Part shown: in pieces, positions 30,214 to 40,843 of the stretch
How the letters are laid out: the number at the start of each line of letters is the position of its first letter
Position numbering within the stretch: the stretch's first letter is position 1
Assembly: GCA_903825255.1 (NCBI GenBank)
Contig: CAIJZZ010000060.1
Span: forward strand, 5,967 to 69,966
From: an uncultured bacterium
GTDB lineage: Bacteria; Patescibacteriota; Minisyncoccia; Phycocordibacterales; UBA9973
Length of the DNA: 64,000 bases
Reading direction: 5' to 3'
Translations under genes and position numbers: made by a program
Notes under the pieces: model-generated
Database searches by the model: none
What the model was told of the DNA's origin: nothing
The model's input: only the letters and a program-made list of their open reading frames with translations

Positions 30214-30930
30214 ATGCGTTTTCATATTATTACAATTTTTCCAGACATCTTTGATTCATATTTAAATGAGTCTATTCTTGGGCGGGCGATAAAAGAAAAG
30301 CATGTTTCTGTTAAATTTTATAATCCACGGGATTACGTAAAAGCCCAAAATAAGAACAATTACAAACCCGTAGATGATCGGCCTTATGGCGGAGGCCCTG
30401 GGATGGTGATGCGACCAGAACCTATCTTGAAAGCAGTAGAAAAGGCTATTTCGACGATTAGCAAAATTTCTTCGGGTCCTCGGTCTGGGGCCAGACCAGC
30501 TCAGAAATTTTCTAATCGTCTCAATAAAAATAAAATTCAAATTATTAATTTTATTCCAAGTGCTGAGAAGTTTACAACCATTGAGGCAAAAAAAATTTCT
30601 AAAAAATATACCGATATTATTTTAATTTGTGGAAGATATGAAGGGATAGATGCACGAGTAGATAAAATTTTAAAAACTAAAAAATATTCTATCGGAGATT
30701 ATGTTTTGACAGGTGGGGAATTACCGGCGATGGTATTGATTGATTGTATTGCCCGTCAAATTCCTGGGGTACTCGGCAAATATGAATCTCTAGAAGAAGA
30801 GCGGGTATCTTCTAGTGAAGTTTACACTCGTCCTGAAATACTTAAATATAATAATAAAAATTATAGAGTTCCGAAAGTCTTACTCTCTGGAAATCATGCA
30901 GAAGTAGAAAAATGGAAGAAAACTCATTAA
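30214..30930 (+). CDS. trmD: tRNA (guanine37-N1)-methyltransferase
   Basis: PYGGGPGMVM, ICGRYEGIDARV, IGDYVLTGGELPAMVLID, LLSGNHAEVEKWK. Carries an in-frame 49-bp repeat element. Confidence 0.93.
   Translation: MRFHIITIFPDIFDSYLNESILGRAIKEKHVSVKFYNPRDYVKAQNKNNYKPVDDRPYGGGPGMVMRPEPILKAVEKAISTISKISSGPRSGARPAQKFSNRLNKNKIQIINFIPSAEKFTTIEAKKISKKYTDIILICGRYEGIDARVDKILKTKKYSIGDYVLTGGELPAMVLIDCIARQIPGVLGKYESLEEERVSSSEVYTRPEILKYNNKNYRVPKVLLSGNHAEVEKWKKTH
30463..30511. repeat. 49-bp GC-rich palindromic mini-element, in frame in trmD
   Basis: Perfect 9-nt terminal inverted repeat AAAATTTCT / AGAAATTTT. Core GGGTCCTCGGTCTGG-GG-CCAGACCAGC. 43/49 identical to the reverse complement of 62241-62289. Confidence 0.8.
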
Positions 30931-30959
30931 TAGGCTTCATGAAGTTATCCACATAGTCA

Positions 30960-30990
30960 TTGTAATTTACTCGGGGGGGGGGGTTATAAT
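30960..30990 (+). promoter_or_regulatory. candidate promoter TTGTAA-19-TATAAT with a G11 homopolymer filling the spacer
   Basis: G run at 30973-30983 (11 nt), 1 nt upstream of TATAAT (30985-90). TTGTAA at 30960-65. Lies upstream of the surface-protein gene starting at 31031. Confidence 0.45.
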
Positions 30991-31030
30991 ATAAACATTA
31001 AAAGTTAATGAAGTTTTTTATAATATCTTT

Positions 31031-32002
31031 ATGCAAAAAAATAATAAAGTTTTATGGATAATAATAGCAGTCCTTGTTATTATCATAGTTGGTTTTGCCG
31101 CATATACTATGGGCAAAAATTCAAAGGTTCCTGGGTCGGAATTAACAGGATTAACCCTTGGTAGTTTGACTACTATCCCTACTACAACTACGATTAATAC
31201 TACAACTCAAGCAAGGGCGTTAGCATTAACCTCAAAAGCAACAATTGCTCGAAATATTGTTTTATTGAGCCCATTATGCCTTTCCTCTCAATACTATATT
31301 GGGGGTAAGTGTTATCTCCCTAGTCAAATTCTTACAAATAGTAAAAATCCTTATGATTATGTAGGAGCTCAACATAATGCTACACTTGATTATATATTTA
31401 AAAATACTCCAATTAATCCAACCACTCAACAAGTTATAGATGCCGCAACTCAATATTCTAAATTATCTGGAACAGTTGTCGATGTAAATTCAATAACTTC
31501 TGCTGCTAATACTGTTTCTACAGTGGGAAGTAAGGCTGTATTTTCGTCAAAAATTCAAAAATATATAGATAAATTAGATACAATGGACTTTAGTAGTACT
31601 GTGGGGATTTATAACCAGATCATTGCAATTGAAAATCAAATTATAGGTGATCAACTACTTTCCACTTCAGACAAGCAAGTTCTTTTAATGGGGACTTCGG
31701 TTGCTAGATATAGTAATTTTTATGGAGAGATAGATCCAATAATAGTTACCCCTAAAAAGGTTGGAGAAGCAAAGTGCAGTTTCTTTGGTGATATTTTTAG
31801 AGCAGATAAAAAAGCTGCTCTTTCTGCTGCAGCTGCAGCAATAGCAGGTGGAGCTTCTCAATCTTCTCTTGGAAAAGTCGGTGCTGCAGCTGGTGCGGCA
31901 TCTGCTTTGAAAGCTTTTATGATTTTATTTACATCAACTCCAGAATCAACATCCGGAGGTCCTGCTGGAGATATTGTTCCTACTCCAGGTGATATGTGTT
32001 AA
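31031..32002 (+). CDS. hypothetical membrane-anchored / surface protein (Thr-rich stalk, Ala/Gly-rich C-terminus)
   Basis: N-terminal TM anchor (VLWIIIAVLVIIIVGFAAY). TTIPTTTTINTTTQ low-complexity stretch. C-terminal AALSAAAAAIAGGAS...GAAAGAASA. Confidence 0.5.
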   Translation: MQKNNKVLWIIIAVLVIIIVGFAAYTMGKNSKVPGSELTGLTLGSLTTIPTTTTINTTTQARALALTSKATIARNIVLLSPLCLSSQYYIGGKCYLPSQILTNSKNPYDYVGAQHNATLDYIFKNTPINPTTQQVIDAATQYSKLSGTVVDVNSITSAANTVSTVGSKAVFSSKIQKYIDKLDTMDFSSTVGIYNQIIAIENQIIGDQLLSTSDKQVLLMGTSVARYSNFYGEIDPIIVTPKKVGEAKCSFFGDIFRADKKAALSAAAAAIAGGASQSSLGKVGAAAGAASALKAFMILFTSTPESTSGGPAGDIVPTPGDMC

Positions 32003-32023
32003 TTACATAAAATTAATGATAAG

Positions 32024-32052
32024 AAAAAAACACAGGGTTCCCCTGTGTTTTT
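32024..32052 (+). terminator. intrinsic terminator
   Basis: AAAAAAACACAGGG-TTCC-CCTGTGTTTTT. Confidence 0.7.
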
Positions 32053-32081
32053 AAGTTTTAGTAAGTTTTCCCCAAAAATGC

Positions 32082-32109
32082 TTGACTTTGGTTCTAAAAT
32101 GAGTATACT
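32082..32109 (+). promoter_or_regulatory. sigma70-like promoter TTGACT-16-TATACT upstream of rpoB
   Basis: TTGACT at 32082-87, TATACT at 32104-09. Followed by a ~150-nt leader with a TTTCGGAT (32131-38) / ATCCGAAA (32189-96) long-range stem. Confidence 0.5.
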
Positions 32110-32266
32110 TTACAGCACTGATTGATTGTGTTTCGGATGAACTCCTGAGTTTTATTAATAGAGCCTTATGGGCATTAATTTAAATAGTATCCGAAATAAA
32201 TAAGAAAGATTTTAAAAAGATTAACTCTTTTTGTTTTCTCTTTTTTTGTTTTGGTATAAAAATATT

Positions 32267-35200
32267 ATGCAAACAGAAGTAAAACGTCCGAAGAAGTATT
32301 TCGCAAGATATAAGAAGCCATTAATAGAATTTCCAAATCTAATCGAAGCACAAGTCAAATCCTTCAAGTGGTTAATCGAAGAAGGAACGAAAGAAGTTTT
32401 TAAAGAGTTTTCCCCAATTTCAGATTATTCTGGAAAGAAATTTCAATTGGATTTCACTTCTTTTTCCATCGGTGAACCAAAAAATGATGAAAATTTTTCT
32501 AAAGTAAATAAACTTTCTTACCAAGCATCACTCAAGGCTCGAGTAAAACTAACAAATAAAATATTAGGTACGGTTAAAGAACAGGAAATTTTCATGTCCG
32601 AAATCCCAATGATGACAAATCATGGAACTTTCATTATCAACGGAGTTGAGCGAGTTATCGTGCCACAATTGGCGCGTTCCTTCGGCGTTTTCTTTACTGA
32701 AGCAGAAAATAAAGGCAAGAGATATTTTGGAGCAAAAATTATTCCAGCTCGCGGAGTTTGGATTGAGATAGAATCTGAAGCGGACGGAGCAATTTATGTT
32801 CGAATTGATAAAAAAAGAAAATTTCCAATCACAGCACTCTTTCGAGTCATGGGTTATCATACCAATGAAATGCTTGAAAAAACTTTTGAGAAGAATCCTC
32901 AATATATAGAGGTAATTAAAGCTTGTTTGGCTAAAGATACAGCTAAAAATCTAAGTGAAGCTTATGTTGAAATATATAAGCGTTTAAGAGACGGGGATAT
33001 GGCGACAGCTGATAATGCGAAGGAATTTATTAATTCTTTATTTACGACTGAGAGATATGATCTTTCTCCAGTAGGACGTTTTCGTTTTAATAAACGTTTT
33101 GAAAAAGGGATGGAAGAAGCAGACTTGGCTATGAGAGTTATTTCTAAGGAGGATCTAAAGAGTATTTTTGAAAATATTGTTAATTTAAATAATGATCCAA
33201 GTGCTAAGGCTGATGATATTGATCACTTAGGACAACGCCGTGTTCGTTTTGTTGGTGAAATGTTACAGCAAAAAATTCGTACCGGTATGATTCAAATCAA
33301 GAGAAACATTCAAGACAGAATGTCGATTATTGACGTCGATACTGCTATGCCGATTCAAGTTATAAATCAAAGACCACTTCAAGCTCGTATTAAAGAATTT
33401 TTCACTACCAACCAGCTTTCCCAATTTATGGCACAAGAAAATGTGCTTTACGAGATGGAACACTTACGTACTCTTTCTGCCCTTGGACCCGGAGGTCTTA
33501 CTCGTGAACGAGCCGGACTTGAGGTTCGTGACGTGCACCCTTCTCACTATGGTAGAGTTTGTCCGATTCATACTCCTGAAGGACCAAACATTGGACTTAT
33601 TTTACACTTAGCTACTTATGCTAAAATAAATGATTTTGGTATTATTGAAACTCCATATATAAAAGTAAAAAACGGCAAGATTACTGGTGAAGTAGTTTAT
33701 TTAAATGCCTTAGAAGAAGAAAAATTTAACATTGCTCATGCCGGTATTCCTTATGACACGGATGGAAAAATAACAGAAGAAAAAGTGGAAGCTAGAATTA
33801 AAACAGAGCCAGGTACGATTGCTCGCGAAAAAATAGATTTTATTGATGTAGCTACTAATCAAGCTTTTTCTATTGCTACTTCGATGATTCCTTTCTTAGA
33901 GCATAACGATGCTAACCGTGCACTCATGGGCAGTAATATGCAGAAACAAGCTGTACCTTGCGTACTTCCAGAAGCTCCGCTCGTCGCTACCGGTATCGAA
34001 GAATTAGCTTCCAGAGATTCTGGTAGATTAGTTCTTGCTTTAGAAGATGGTGTTATATCTTATCTTGATGCGAAAAAAATAATAATTAAAGGAAAAAAAG
34101 AATTAACTTACCCTCTAGTAAACTTTTTAAGAAATAATAACTTTTCTACTTTTCACCAAAGACCACGAGTTATGGTTGGTGATAAAATTAAAAAAGGAGA
34201 TGTTTTAGCGGATACTTCGAGTACCGTAGATGGTCAAATATCATTGGGACAAAATATTTTTGTGGCTTTCTTATCTTGGTCTGGCTCAAACTATGAAGAC
34301 GCTATCATTCTATCAGAGAGATTAGTAAAGAAAAGTAAATTCACTTCTATTTATATAGAAGAGTTTATTTCTGTGGTTCGAGATACAAAGCTTGGACCAG
34401 AAATCACTACTCGTGATATTCCAAATGTCGGAGAAATTAAATTAAAGGATTTAGATGAAGATGGAATCGTTCGAATTGGCGCAGAAGTTCGTGAAAATGA
34501 TATTTTAGTTGGTAAAATTACACCAAAAGGAGAAACGGAACTTACTCCAGAAGAGCGACTACTACGTTCCATCTTTGCTGAAAAAGCACGTGATGTAAAA
34601 GATACATCACTACGTATGGAACACGGTAAACGTGGACGTATTGTCGGAGTAAAAATCTTTTCTCGTGATTTAGGTCACACATTAGAAGCTGGAATTATTA
34701 AAAAAATTGTTATTGAAGTAGCTCAAATTAGAAATATTTCAGTCGGAGATAAACTGTCTGGCCGACACGGAAACAAAGGAGTTATTTCTACTATTTTACC
34801 TGAAGAAGATATGCCATATATGGCAGACGGTACACCAGTTGATATTATTCTCTCACCACTCGGTGTGCCTTCTCGTATGAACTTAGGTCAGATATTAGAA
34901 ATGCATTTAGGAATGGCCGCAAATACACTTGGCTATCAAGCTATCGTGCCTCCATTCTTAGGTGCTAAACATGAAGAAGTAAAAGAAGAATTAGTCAAAG
35001 CTGGATTTCCAGAAAACGGTAAACTAAAACTTTTTGATGGACGTACTGGAGAAGCTTTTGAGCAAGACATAGCAGTGGGTTATATGTATATGCTTAAGTT
35101 ACACCACATGGTTGAAGATAAGATTCATATGCGTTCAATCGGTCCTTATTCGTTGATTACTCAGCAACCACTAGGAGGTAAAGCACAAGGAGGTGGACAG

Positions 35201-35452
35201 AGATTTGGAGAAATGGAAGTCTGGGCATTAGAAGGTTATGGGGCTGCTTATACACTACGAGAAATGTTAACTGTTAAATCTGATGATATTTTAGGTCGTT
35301 CCGCTACATTTGATTCTATTATTAAAAATGAACCAATCAAACCACCAAATTCTCCCGCTTCCTTTAATGTTATGCTCAACTACTTGAGAGGTTTGGCCCT
35401 TGATGTAAATTTAAACAGAAGTTCATCTAAAAAATTAGAAGAAAATAATTAA
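32267..35452 (+). CDS. rpoB: DNA-directed RNA polymerase subunit beta
   Basis: ORF track start 32231; ATG at 32267 (MQTEVKRPKKYF) preferred. Conserved blocks PLMTNHGTFIINGVERVIV, SQLSQFMAQENVL, GRHGNKGVIS, GGQRFGEMEVWALE. Confidence 0.98.
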   Translation: MQTEVKRPKKYFARYKKPLIEFPNLIEAQVKSFKWLIEEGTKEVFKEFSPISDYSGKKFQLDFTSFSIGEPKNDENFSKVNKLSYQASLKARVKLTNKILGTVKEQEIFMSEIPMMTNHGTFIINGVERVIVPQLARSFGVFFTEAENKGKRYFGAKIIPARGVWIEIESEADGAIYVRIDKKRKFPITALFRVMGYHTNEMLEKTFEKNPQYIEVIKACLAKDTAKNLSEAYVEIYKRLRDGDMATADNAKEFINSLFTTERYDLSPVGRFRFNKRFEKGMEEADLAMRVISKEDLKSIFENIVNLNNDPSAKADDIDHLGQRRVRFVGEMLQQKIRTGMIQIKRNIQDRMSIIDVDTAMPIQVINQRPLQARIKEFFTTNQLSQFMAQENVLYEMEHLRTLSALGPGGLTRERAGLEVRDVHPSHYGRVCPIHTPEGPNIGLILHLATYAKINDFGIIETPYIKVKNGKITGEVVYLNALEEEKFNIAHAGIPYDTDGKITEEKVEARIKTEPGTIAREKIDFIDVATNQAFSIATSMIPFLEHNDANRALMGSNMQKQAVPCVLPEAPLVATGIEELASRDSGRLVLALEDGVISYLDAKKIIIKGKKELTYPLVNFLRNNNFSTFHQRPRVMVGDKIKKGDVLADTSSTVDGQISLGQNIFVAFLSWSGSNYEDAIILSERLVKKSKFTSIYIEEFISVVRDTKLGPEITTRDIPNVGEIKLKDLDEDGIVRIGAEVRENDILVGKITPKGETELTPEERLLRSIFAEKARDVKDTSLRMEHGKRGRIVGVKIFSRDLGHTLEAGIIKKIVIEVAQIRNISVGDKLSGRHGNKGVISTILPEEDMPYMADGTPVDIILSPLGVPSRMNLGQILEMHLGMAANTLGYQAIVPPFLGAKHEEVKEELVKAGFPENGKLKLFDGRTGEAFEQDIAVGYMYMLKLHHMVEDKIHMRSIGPYSLITQQPLGGKAQGGGQRFGEMEVWALEGYGAAYTLREMLTVKSDDILGRSATFDSIIKNEPIKPPNSPASFNVMLNYLRGLALDVNLNRSSSKKLEENN

Positions 35453-35460
35453 AAAAATAT

Positions 35461-38400
35461 ATGAAAACTTTAAACACAACTGATTTTGATCAAATTACAC
35501 TCAAGTTAGCATCACCTGAGCAAATAAAAGAGTGGTCATATGGAGAAGTGACTAAACCAGAAACGATAAATTATCGTACTGGTCGTTCTGAACGAGGTGG
35601 TCTTTTCGATGAAAAAATCTTCGGCCCAGAAAAAGACTATGAATGTTATTGTGGAAAATATCGAAGAATTCGCTACAAAGATATTATCTGTGAAAAATGT
35701 GGAGTCGAAGTTACTCGCTCTATAGTTCGACGTGAACGTATGGGTCACATTGAACTTTCAACTCCAGTATCACATATTTGGTTTTTAAGAGGTGTACCAT
35801 CTCGTATGAGTATTCTCTTAAATATTTCTGTTTCTGATCTTGAAAAAGTCATATATTTTGCTGGTTACATAATTACTAAAGTTTATGAAGAAGAAAAAGA
35901 AATAATTCTCCAAGGGTTAGATAAAGAATATAAAGCTAAATTAAAAAATTCAGCGGATGATGAAACTAGAGAAAAATTGAAAACTTTACTTTCTAGTACT
36001 AAAAAAGAAATTGGAGAGATTTATGAAGGAAAAGTTTTGAATGAAATTTCTTTTCACCATTATTCTTTAAAATACGGAACTTGTTTTGAAGCTAATATCG
36101 GAGCCGAAGCTATCTATTCTATTTTCAAAAATATCGATTTGAATAAATTAAAAGTACACACTGAAGCGATGCTTGAAAAAGCGAGTGCAATTGAAAAAGA
36201 AAAATTACAAAAGAGACTTTCCTTGATTCGTTCAATGACTTATGCTGGAATTCGTCCAGAATGGATGTTTTTGACCGTGATTCCAGTTATTCCACCAGTG
36301 CTTCGTCCGATGGTAGCACTCGATGGTGGCCGACATGCGACATCAGATTTAAATGATTTGTATCGCCGAGTGATCAATCGAAATAATCGTTTAAGAAAGT
36401 TAAAAGAAATTAATGCGCCAGATGTAATTCTTCGAAATGAAAAGCGTATTATTCAAGAAGCGGTAGATGCGCTTATTGATAACTCTATTGCTAAACAAAA
36501 CGATACTGCAGCAATGAGTCAATCTCAAAAAAGAGCTCTTAAATCTCTTTCTGATAACTTAAAATCTAAACAAGGACTTTTCCGTCAAAACTTACTCGGA
36601 AAGCGCGTAGACTATTCAGGTCGTTCAGTTATTGTGGTTGGTCCTCAACTTAAACTCAATCAATGTGGTTTGCCGAAACATATGGCTTTGGAGCTTTTTA
36701 GACCTTTCGTTATTTCCAAAATTTTACAAGCAGAACTTGCTTTTAATATTCGTGGAGCCAATAAATTAATCGAAGAGCGCACTCCAGAAGTTTGGGCAAT
36801 GCTTGAAGAAGTGATTCAAGGTAAATACGTATTATTAAACCGTGCTCCTACACTACACCGTTTAGGTATTCAAGCTTTTAATCCTATTTTGATTGAAGGT
36901 AATGCTATTCAAGTACATCCACTCGTCTGTCAGGCCTTCAATGCAGACTTCGACGGAGACCAGATGGCTGTTTATGTTCCTTTATTAGAAGAAGCTCAAT
37001 GGGAGGCTAAAGAATTAATGGCAGCCAATAAAAATTTATTGAAACCACAAAACGGTGATCCAATAGTACATCCAAGTAAAGATATGGTACTCGGTTCTTA
37101 TTGGATGACAAAGAATATTGATGGTGAAAAAGGAGAAGGAAAATATTTTTCCAGTCCAAATGCGGCTGTGACTGCATATGAATACGGTGTCTTGACACTA
37201 CGAGCAAAAATAAAAGTAATGGCTACAGATAGTTTCAAATATAAAAAATTCAATGGTGAAATATTTGATACTACTATCGGTAAACTTTTATTTAATGCCA
37301 TTTTACCAAGTGATTTTTCTTATGTTAGTGATGAAATGACACAAAAAAGATTATCCTCATTAGTTGATGAACTTATTATGCACTATGGAGTAGACCAAAC
37401 TCCACCAGTTCTAGATAGAATTAAGGCTTTTGGTTTTAAATATTCAACAATTTCTGGTACGACTTGGGGTATCGATAATGTGAAAGTTCCAGTTGAAAAA
37501 CCTAAAATTATTGCTGACGGAAAAAAATTAGAAGAGCAAGTTATTAAAGAATGGAGTGATGGATTACTCTCTGACGAGGAAAGATATCAAAAAATTATTG
37601 AGATTTGGACCCAAGCTAAAAAAGAATTAGAAAAAGTTTTACCAGGTACACTTGATAAAAATGGTTCCACTTATGACTTATTTACTTCAAAGGCGAGAGG
37701 TGACATAACTAGTTTACTTCAAATGACAGGAATGAAAGGTTTAATTCAGAATAACCAGGGTAAAATATTAGAATTTCCAATTATTCCTTGTTATCATGAA
37801 GGACTTTCTCCAATTGAATATTTCGTGACTACACACGGTGCACGTAAAGGAGCTTCAGATACTGCTTTAAACACTGCTAAAGCGGGATATTTGACTCGTA
37901 GATTAGTAGACGTGGCTCAAGATGTGGTTATTACAGAAGAGGATTGTGGAACTAAGGAAGGTAAGGTAGTAACTAAAGATAATATTTCTGGAATCGAAAT
38001 TCCTCTTTCAAAAAATATTCGTGGAAGAGTTCTAGCTGGAGATTTAAAAGATAAAGATGGAAAAGTTCTTTATAAGAAAGGATTTTTGGTTACCAAAGAA
38101 GAAGCTTATAATATTGAGGGAACTGGTTTCACTGAAGTTTTTGTTCGTTCTCCTCTTACTTGTAAAACAGTGCATGGAATTTGTCAGATGTGTTACGGTT
38201 TAGATTTAGGTAGAAATAATTTAGTAGGTAAAGGAGAGGCAGTCGGTATCATCGCTGCACAAGCTATCGGTGAGCCTGGTACTCAGCTTACTCTTCGAAC
38301 CTTCCACGCTGGAGGTGTAGCAGGAACAGATATTACGACTGGACTACCGCGTATTGAAGAAATTTTTGAAAGACGTATTCCTAAAAATCCAGCTGTAATT

Positions 38401-39069
38401 TCTCAAACTGATGGAGAAGTTTTTGAAATAAAAGATAAAGATGGTAAAGAAAAAATAATGAAAGTTCTTTCAGACACTAAAGTTGATGGTAAATCAAATG
38501 AGATTGAATATATTGTTTCATTTCATAGAATGCCTATTGTGAAAGTAGTCCATAAAGTGAAAAAAGGAGAAATCTTAACTGACGGATCAGCTGATATCGC
38601 CGAAATTTATAAATTTGGAGGCAAAGAAGCAGCGGAAGAATATATCATTAGAGAAATAAATAAAGTTTATGAATTACAAAGTGCCTCGATTTCTAGAAAG
38701 CATATAGAAATAATTATTCGTCAAATGTTTTCACGTCGCAGAATTAAAGATGCAGGTGAAACCAATTTCTCTATTGGTGATATTGTTGAAAATACTGAAT
38801 TAGTGGAAGAAAATAATCGAGTTTCAAAATTGGAAGGTAAAGAAGCCAAAGGGGAAGTAATGGTCTTAGGTATCACAGAAGTATCACTTCGTACAAAGAG
38901 TTGGCTTTCTGCCGCTTCCTTCCAAAATACTAATCGTGTCTTAATCGAAAATGCTATTAAGGGTGGAGTTGATTCACTTCGAGGACTAAAAGAAAATGTT
39001 ATTATTGGACGCTTGATTCCAGCTGGAACTGGATTTAAAAGTAAAATAATAACTTCTACGGAAGAATAA
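35461..39069 (+). CDS. rpoC: DNA-directed RNA polymerase subunit beta'
   Basis: Zn finger [34 protein letters not shown] catalytic motif. Conserved trigger-loop and C-terminal blocks. Confidence 0.98.
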   Translation: MKTLNTTDFDQITLKLASPEQIKEWSYGEVTKPETINYRTGRSERGGLFDEKIFGPEKDYECYCGKYRRIRYKDIICEKCGVEVTRSIVRRERMGHIELSTPVSHIWFLRGVPSRMSILLNISVSDLEKVIYFAGYIITKVYEEEKEIILQGLDKEYKAKLKNSADDETREKLKTLLSSTKKEIGEIYEGKVLNEISFHHYSLKYGTCFEANIGAEAIYSIFKNIDLNKLKVHTEAMLEKASAIEKEKLQKRLSLIRSMTYAGIRPEWMFLTVIPVIPPVLRPMVALDGGRHATSDLNDLYRRVINRNNRLRKLKEINAPDVILRNEKRIIQEAVDALIDNSIAKQNDTAAMSQSQKRALKSLSDNLKSKQGLFRQNLLGKRVDYSGRSVIVVGPQLKLNQCGLPKHMALELFRPFVISKILQAELAFNIRGANKLIEERTPEVWAMLEEVIQGKYVLLNRAPTLHRLGIQAFNPILIEGNAIQVHPLVCQAFNADFDGDQMAVYVPLLEEAQWEAKELMAANKNLLKPQNGDPIVHPSKDMVLGSYWMTKNIDGEKGEGKYFSSPNAAVTAYEYGVLTLRAKIKVMATDSFKYKKFNGEIFDTTIGKLLFNAILPSDFSYVSDEMTQKRLSSLVDELIMHYGVDQTPPVLDRIKAFGFKYSTISGTTWGIDNVKVPVEKPKIIADGKKLEEQVIKEWSDGLLSDEERYQKIIEIWTQAKKELEKVLPGTLDKNGSTYDLFTSKARGDITSLLQMTGMKGLIQNNQGKILEFPIIPCYHEGLSPIEYFVTTHGARKGASDTALNTAKAGYLTRRLVDVAQDVVITEEDCGTKEGKVVTKDNISGIEIPLSKNIRGRVLAGDLKDKDGKVLYKKGFLVTKEEAYNIEGTGFTEVFVRSPLTCKTVHGICQMCYGLDLGRNNLVGKGEAVGIIAAQAIGEPGTQLTLRTFHAGGVAGTDITTGLPRIEEIFERRIPKNPAVISQTDGEVFEIKDKDGKEKIMKVLSDTKVDGKSNEIEYIVSFHRMPIVKVVHKVKKGEILTDGSADIAEIYKFGGKEAAEEYIIREINKVYELQSASISRKHIEIIIRQMFSRRRIKDAGETNFSIGDIVENTELVEENNRVSKLEGKEAKGEVMVLGITEVSLRTKSWLSAASFQNTNRVLIENAIKGGVDSLRGLKENVIIGRLIPAGTGFKSKIITSTEE

Positions 39070-39077
39070 AAAATCTT

Positions 39078-40835
39078 ATGAACTCTCCAGTTCAACAAAT
39101 TAAGGAGAGGCTTTCAATCGAAGAAGTAGTCTCTTCTTACATAAAGTTAGATAAAATTGGTTCAAACTTAAAAGCAAAGTGTCCTTTTCATAATGAAAAG
39201 ACACCATCCTTTTTTATCTCAAAAGATAGGGGAACTTATTACTGCTTTGGTTGTGGGGCGAAAGGAGATATTTTTACTTTTGTAGAAGAGTTTGAGGGTT
39301 TAGATTTTAAGGGTGCTTTAAAACTTTTAGCTGAAAGGGCAGGAGTGCAGTTGGAGAATTTTAATCCAAAAGAAGAAGGTGAAAAAGAAAAATTACTCAG
39401 AATTATGGAGGAAGCTACAAAATTTTTTGAAAATAATTTAACTAGTAATAAAACAGTTTTAGATTATTTAAAGAAAAGGGGGGTAGAAGATAAGACAATT
39501 AAATATTTTAGAATTGGTTTTGCGAGCAATGATTGGCGACAAGCTTATAATTATTTGAAAACTAAAAACTTTAGTGATAAAGAAATAGAGTTAGCTGGAA
39601 TGGCCAAAAAACCAGATGATCAAAGTAAAGCGATGTATGATCGTTTTCGAGGACGTATTATGTTCCCGATTGCGGACTCAAGTGGTCGTATTATCGCTTT
39701 TTCTGGTAGAATTTTTCAGGATGACGGTAAATCTGCAAAATACTTAAATAGTCCAGATACTCCTATTTTCAGCAAGAGTTCTGTTCTTTATGGACTCGAT
39801 AAAGCGAAGGAATCAATTCGCAAAAATAATTTTTCTATTTTAGTCGAAGGTCAATTTGATTTAGTGATGTCGCATCAAGCTGGTTTTAAAAATACGGTAG
39901 CGACTTCTGGTACGGCCCTAGCTGATTCTACTGTTTCTCGAGAAAATATAGTCTCGAATTTAGGCTTGATTTTGCGTTTATCTAATAATATTGTATTAGC
40001 TTTTGATGCTGATAAAGCCGGGATTAATGCTTCGACTCGCGCAGCTAAAATTGCCTTAGCCTTTGGTATGGATGTAAAAGTAGCTTCCTTACCTGAAGGG
40101 ATAGATCCAGCAGATTTGATTTTAAAAGAAGGAGATGTCGCTTGGAAAGAAGCAATTAAAAATTCCAAACATATTATAGAATTTCTTTTAAATAGGGTAT
40201 TGAAAAATTATACAGAGAATCCACGTAAAGCAGTTCGAGAAATAAAAGAAAAAATCTTACCTTATGTTAATGAAGTTGAAAGTTCTATCGAAAAAGCATT
40301 TTTTCTTAAGAAAATAAGTGATGCTACATCAATTCCAGAATCAGACCTAAGAGAGGATTTAAAAAAAGTAGAACAAGATTCAAAACAAGATAAAATAGAA
40401 AAAGTTTTAGATAAAAGCGTAGAAAATAAAATATTTAGAAAAGATTATATTGAAAAGAGATTATTAGGCATAATTTTATGGCAAAAAACCCTTAAAAATA
40501 GGGATATTAATTCAGATGAAATATTAAAAAAAGTAAGTGAAGTTTTAGAAATTGATGTAGATCAAATTTTAGATAAAATTAAAGATAATGAGGAAGATTT
40601 AATTTTTGAAGCAGAAGTTTTTTATAAAGGAGAAGTAGATCTTAAAAAAGACGTAGAAGAGTTGTTGTTTAATTTTGAAGAGGAATACTTAAAGGAAAAA
40701 TTACTGCATAAAATGCAAGAACTAAATAATTTTAATCTTAAAGAGGATAAATTAAAATCGGCCGAAATTTTAAAAAAAATTAATGAAATAAATAATAGAA
40801 TACAAATTATTAAAAATAACCGTATCAAAAAATAA
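39078..40835 (+). CDS. dnaG: DNA primase
   Basis: Zn finger [14 protein letters not shown]...[14 protein letters not shown] polymerase core. TOPRIM motifs EGQFDLV and AFDADKAG. Confidence 0.93.
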   Translation: MNSPVQQIKERLSIEEVVSSYIKLDKIGSNLKAKCPFHNEKTPSFFISKDRGTYYCFGCGAKGDIFTFVEEFEGLDFKGALKLLAERAGVQLENFNPKEEGEKEKLLRIMEEATKFFENNLTSNKTVLDYLKKRGVEDKTIKYFRIGFASNDWRQAYNYLKTKNFSDKEIELAGMAKKPDDQSKAMYDRFRGRIMFPIADSSGRIIAFSGRIFQDDGKSAKYLNSPDTPIFSKSSVLYGLDKAKESIRKNNFSILVEGQFDLVMSHQAGFKNTVATSGTALADSTVSRENIVSNLGLILRLSNNIVLAFDADKAGINASTRAAKIALAFGMDVKVASLPEGIDPADLILKEGDVAWKEAIKNSKHIIEFLLNRVLKNYTENPRKAVREIKEKILPYVNEVESSIEKAFFLKKISDATSIPESDLREDLKKVEQDSKQDKIEKVLDKSVENKIFRKDYIEKRLLGIILWQKTLKNRDINSDEILKKVSEVLEIDVDQILDKIKDNEEDLIFEAEVFYKGEVDLKKDVEELLFNFEEEYLKEKLLHKMQELNNFNLKEDKLKSAEILKKINEINNRIQIIKNNRIKK

Positions 40836-40843
40836 AACATTTT

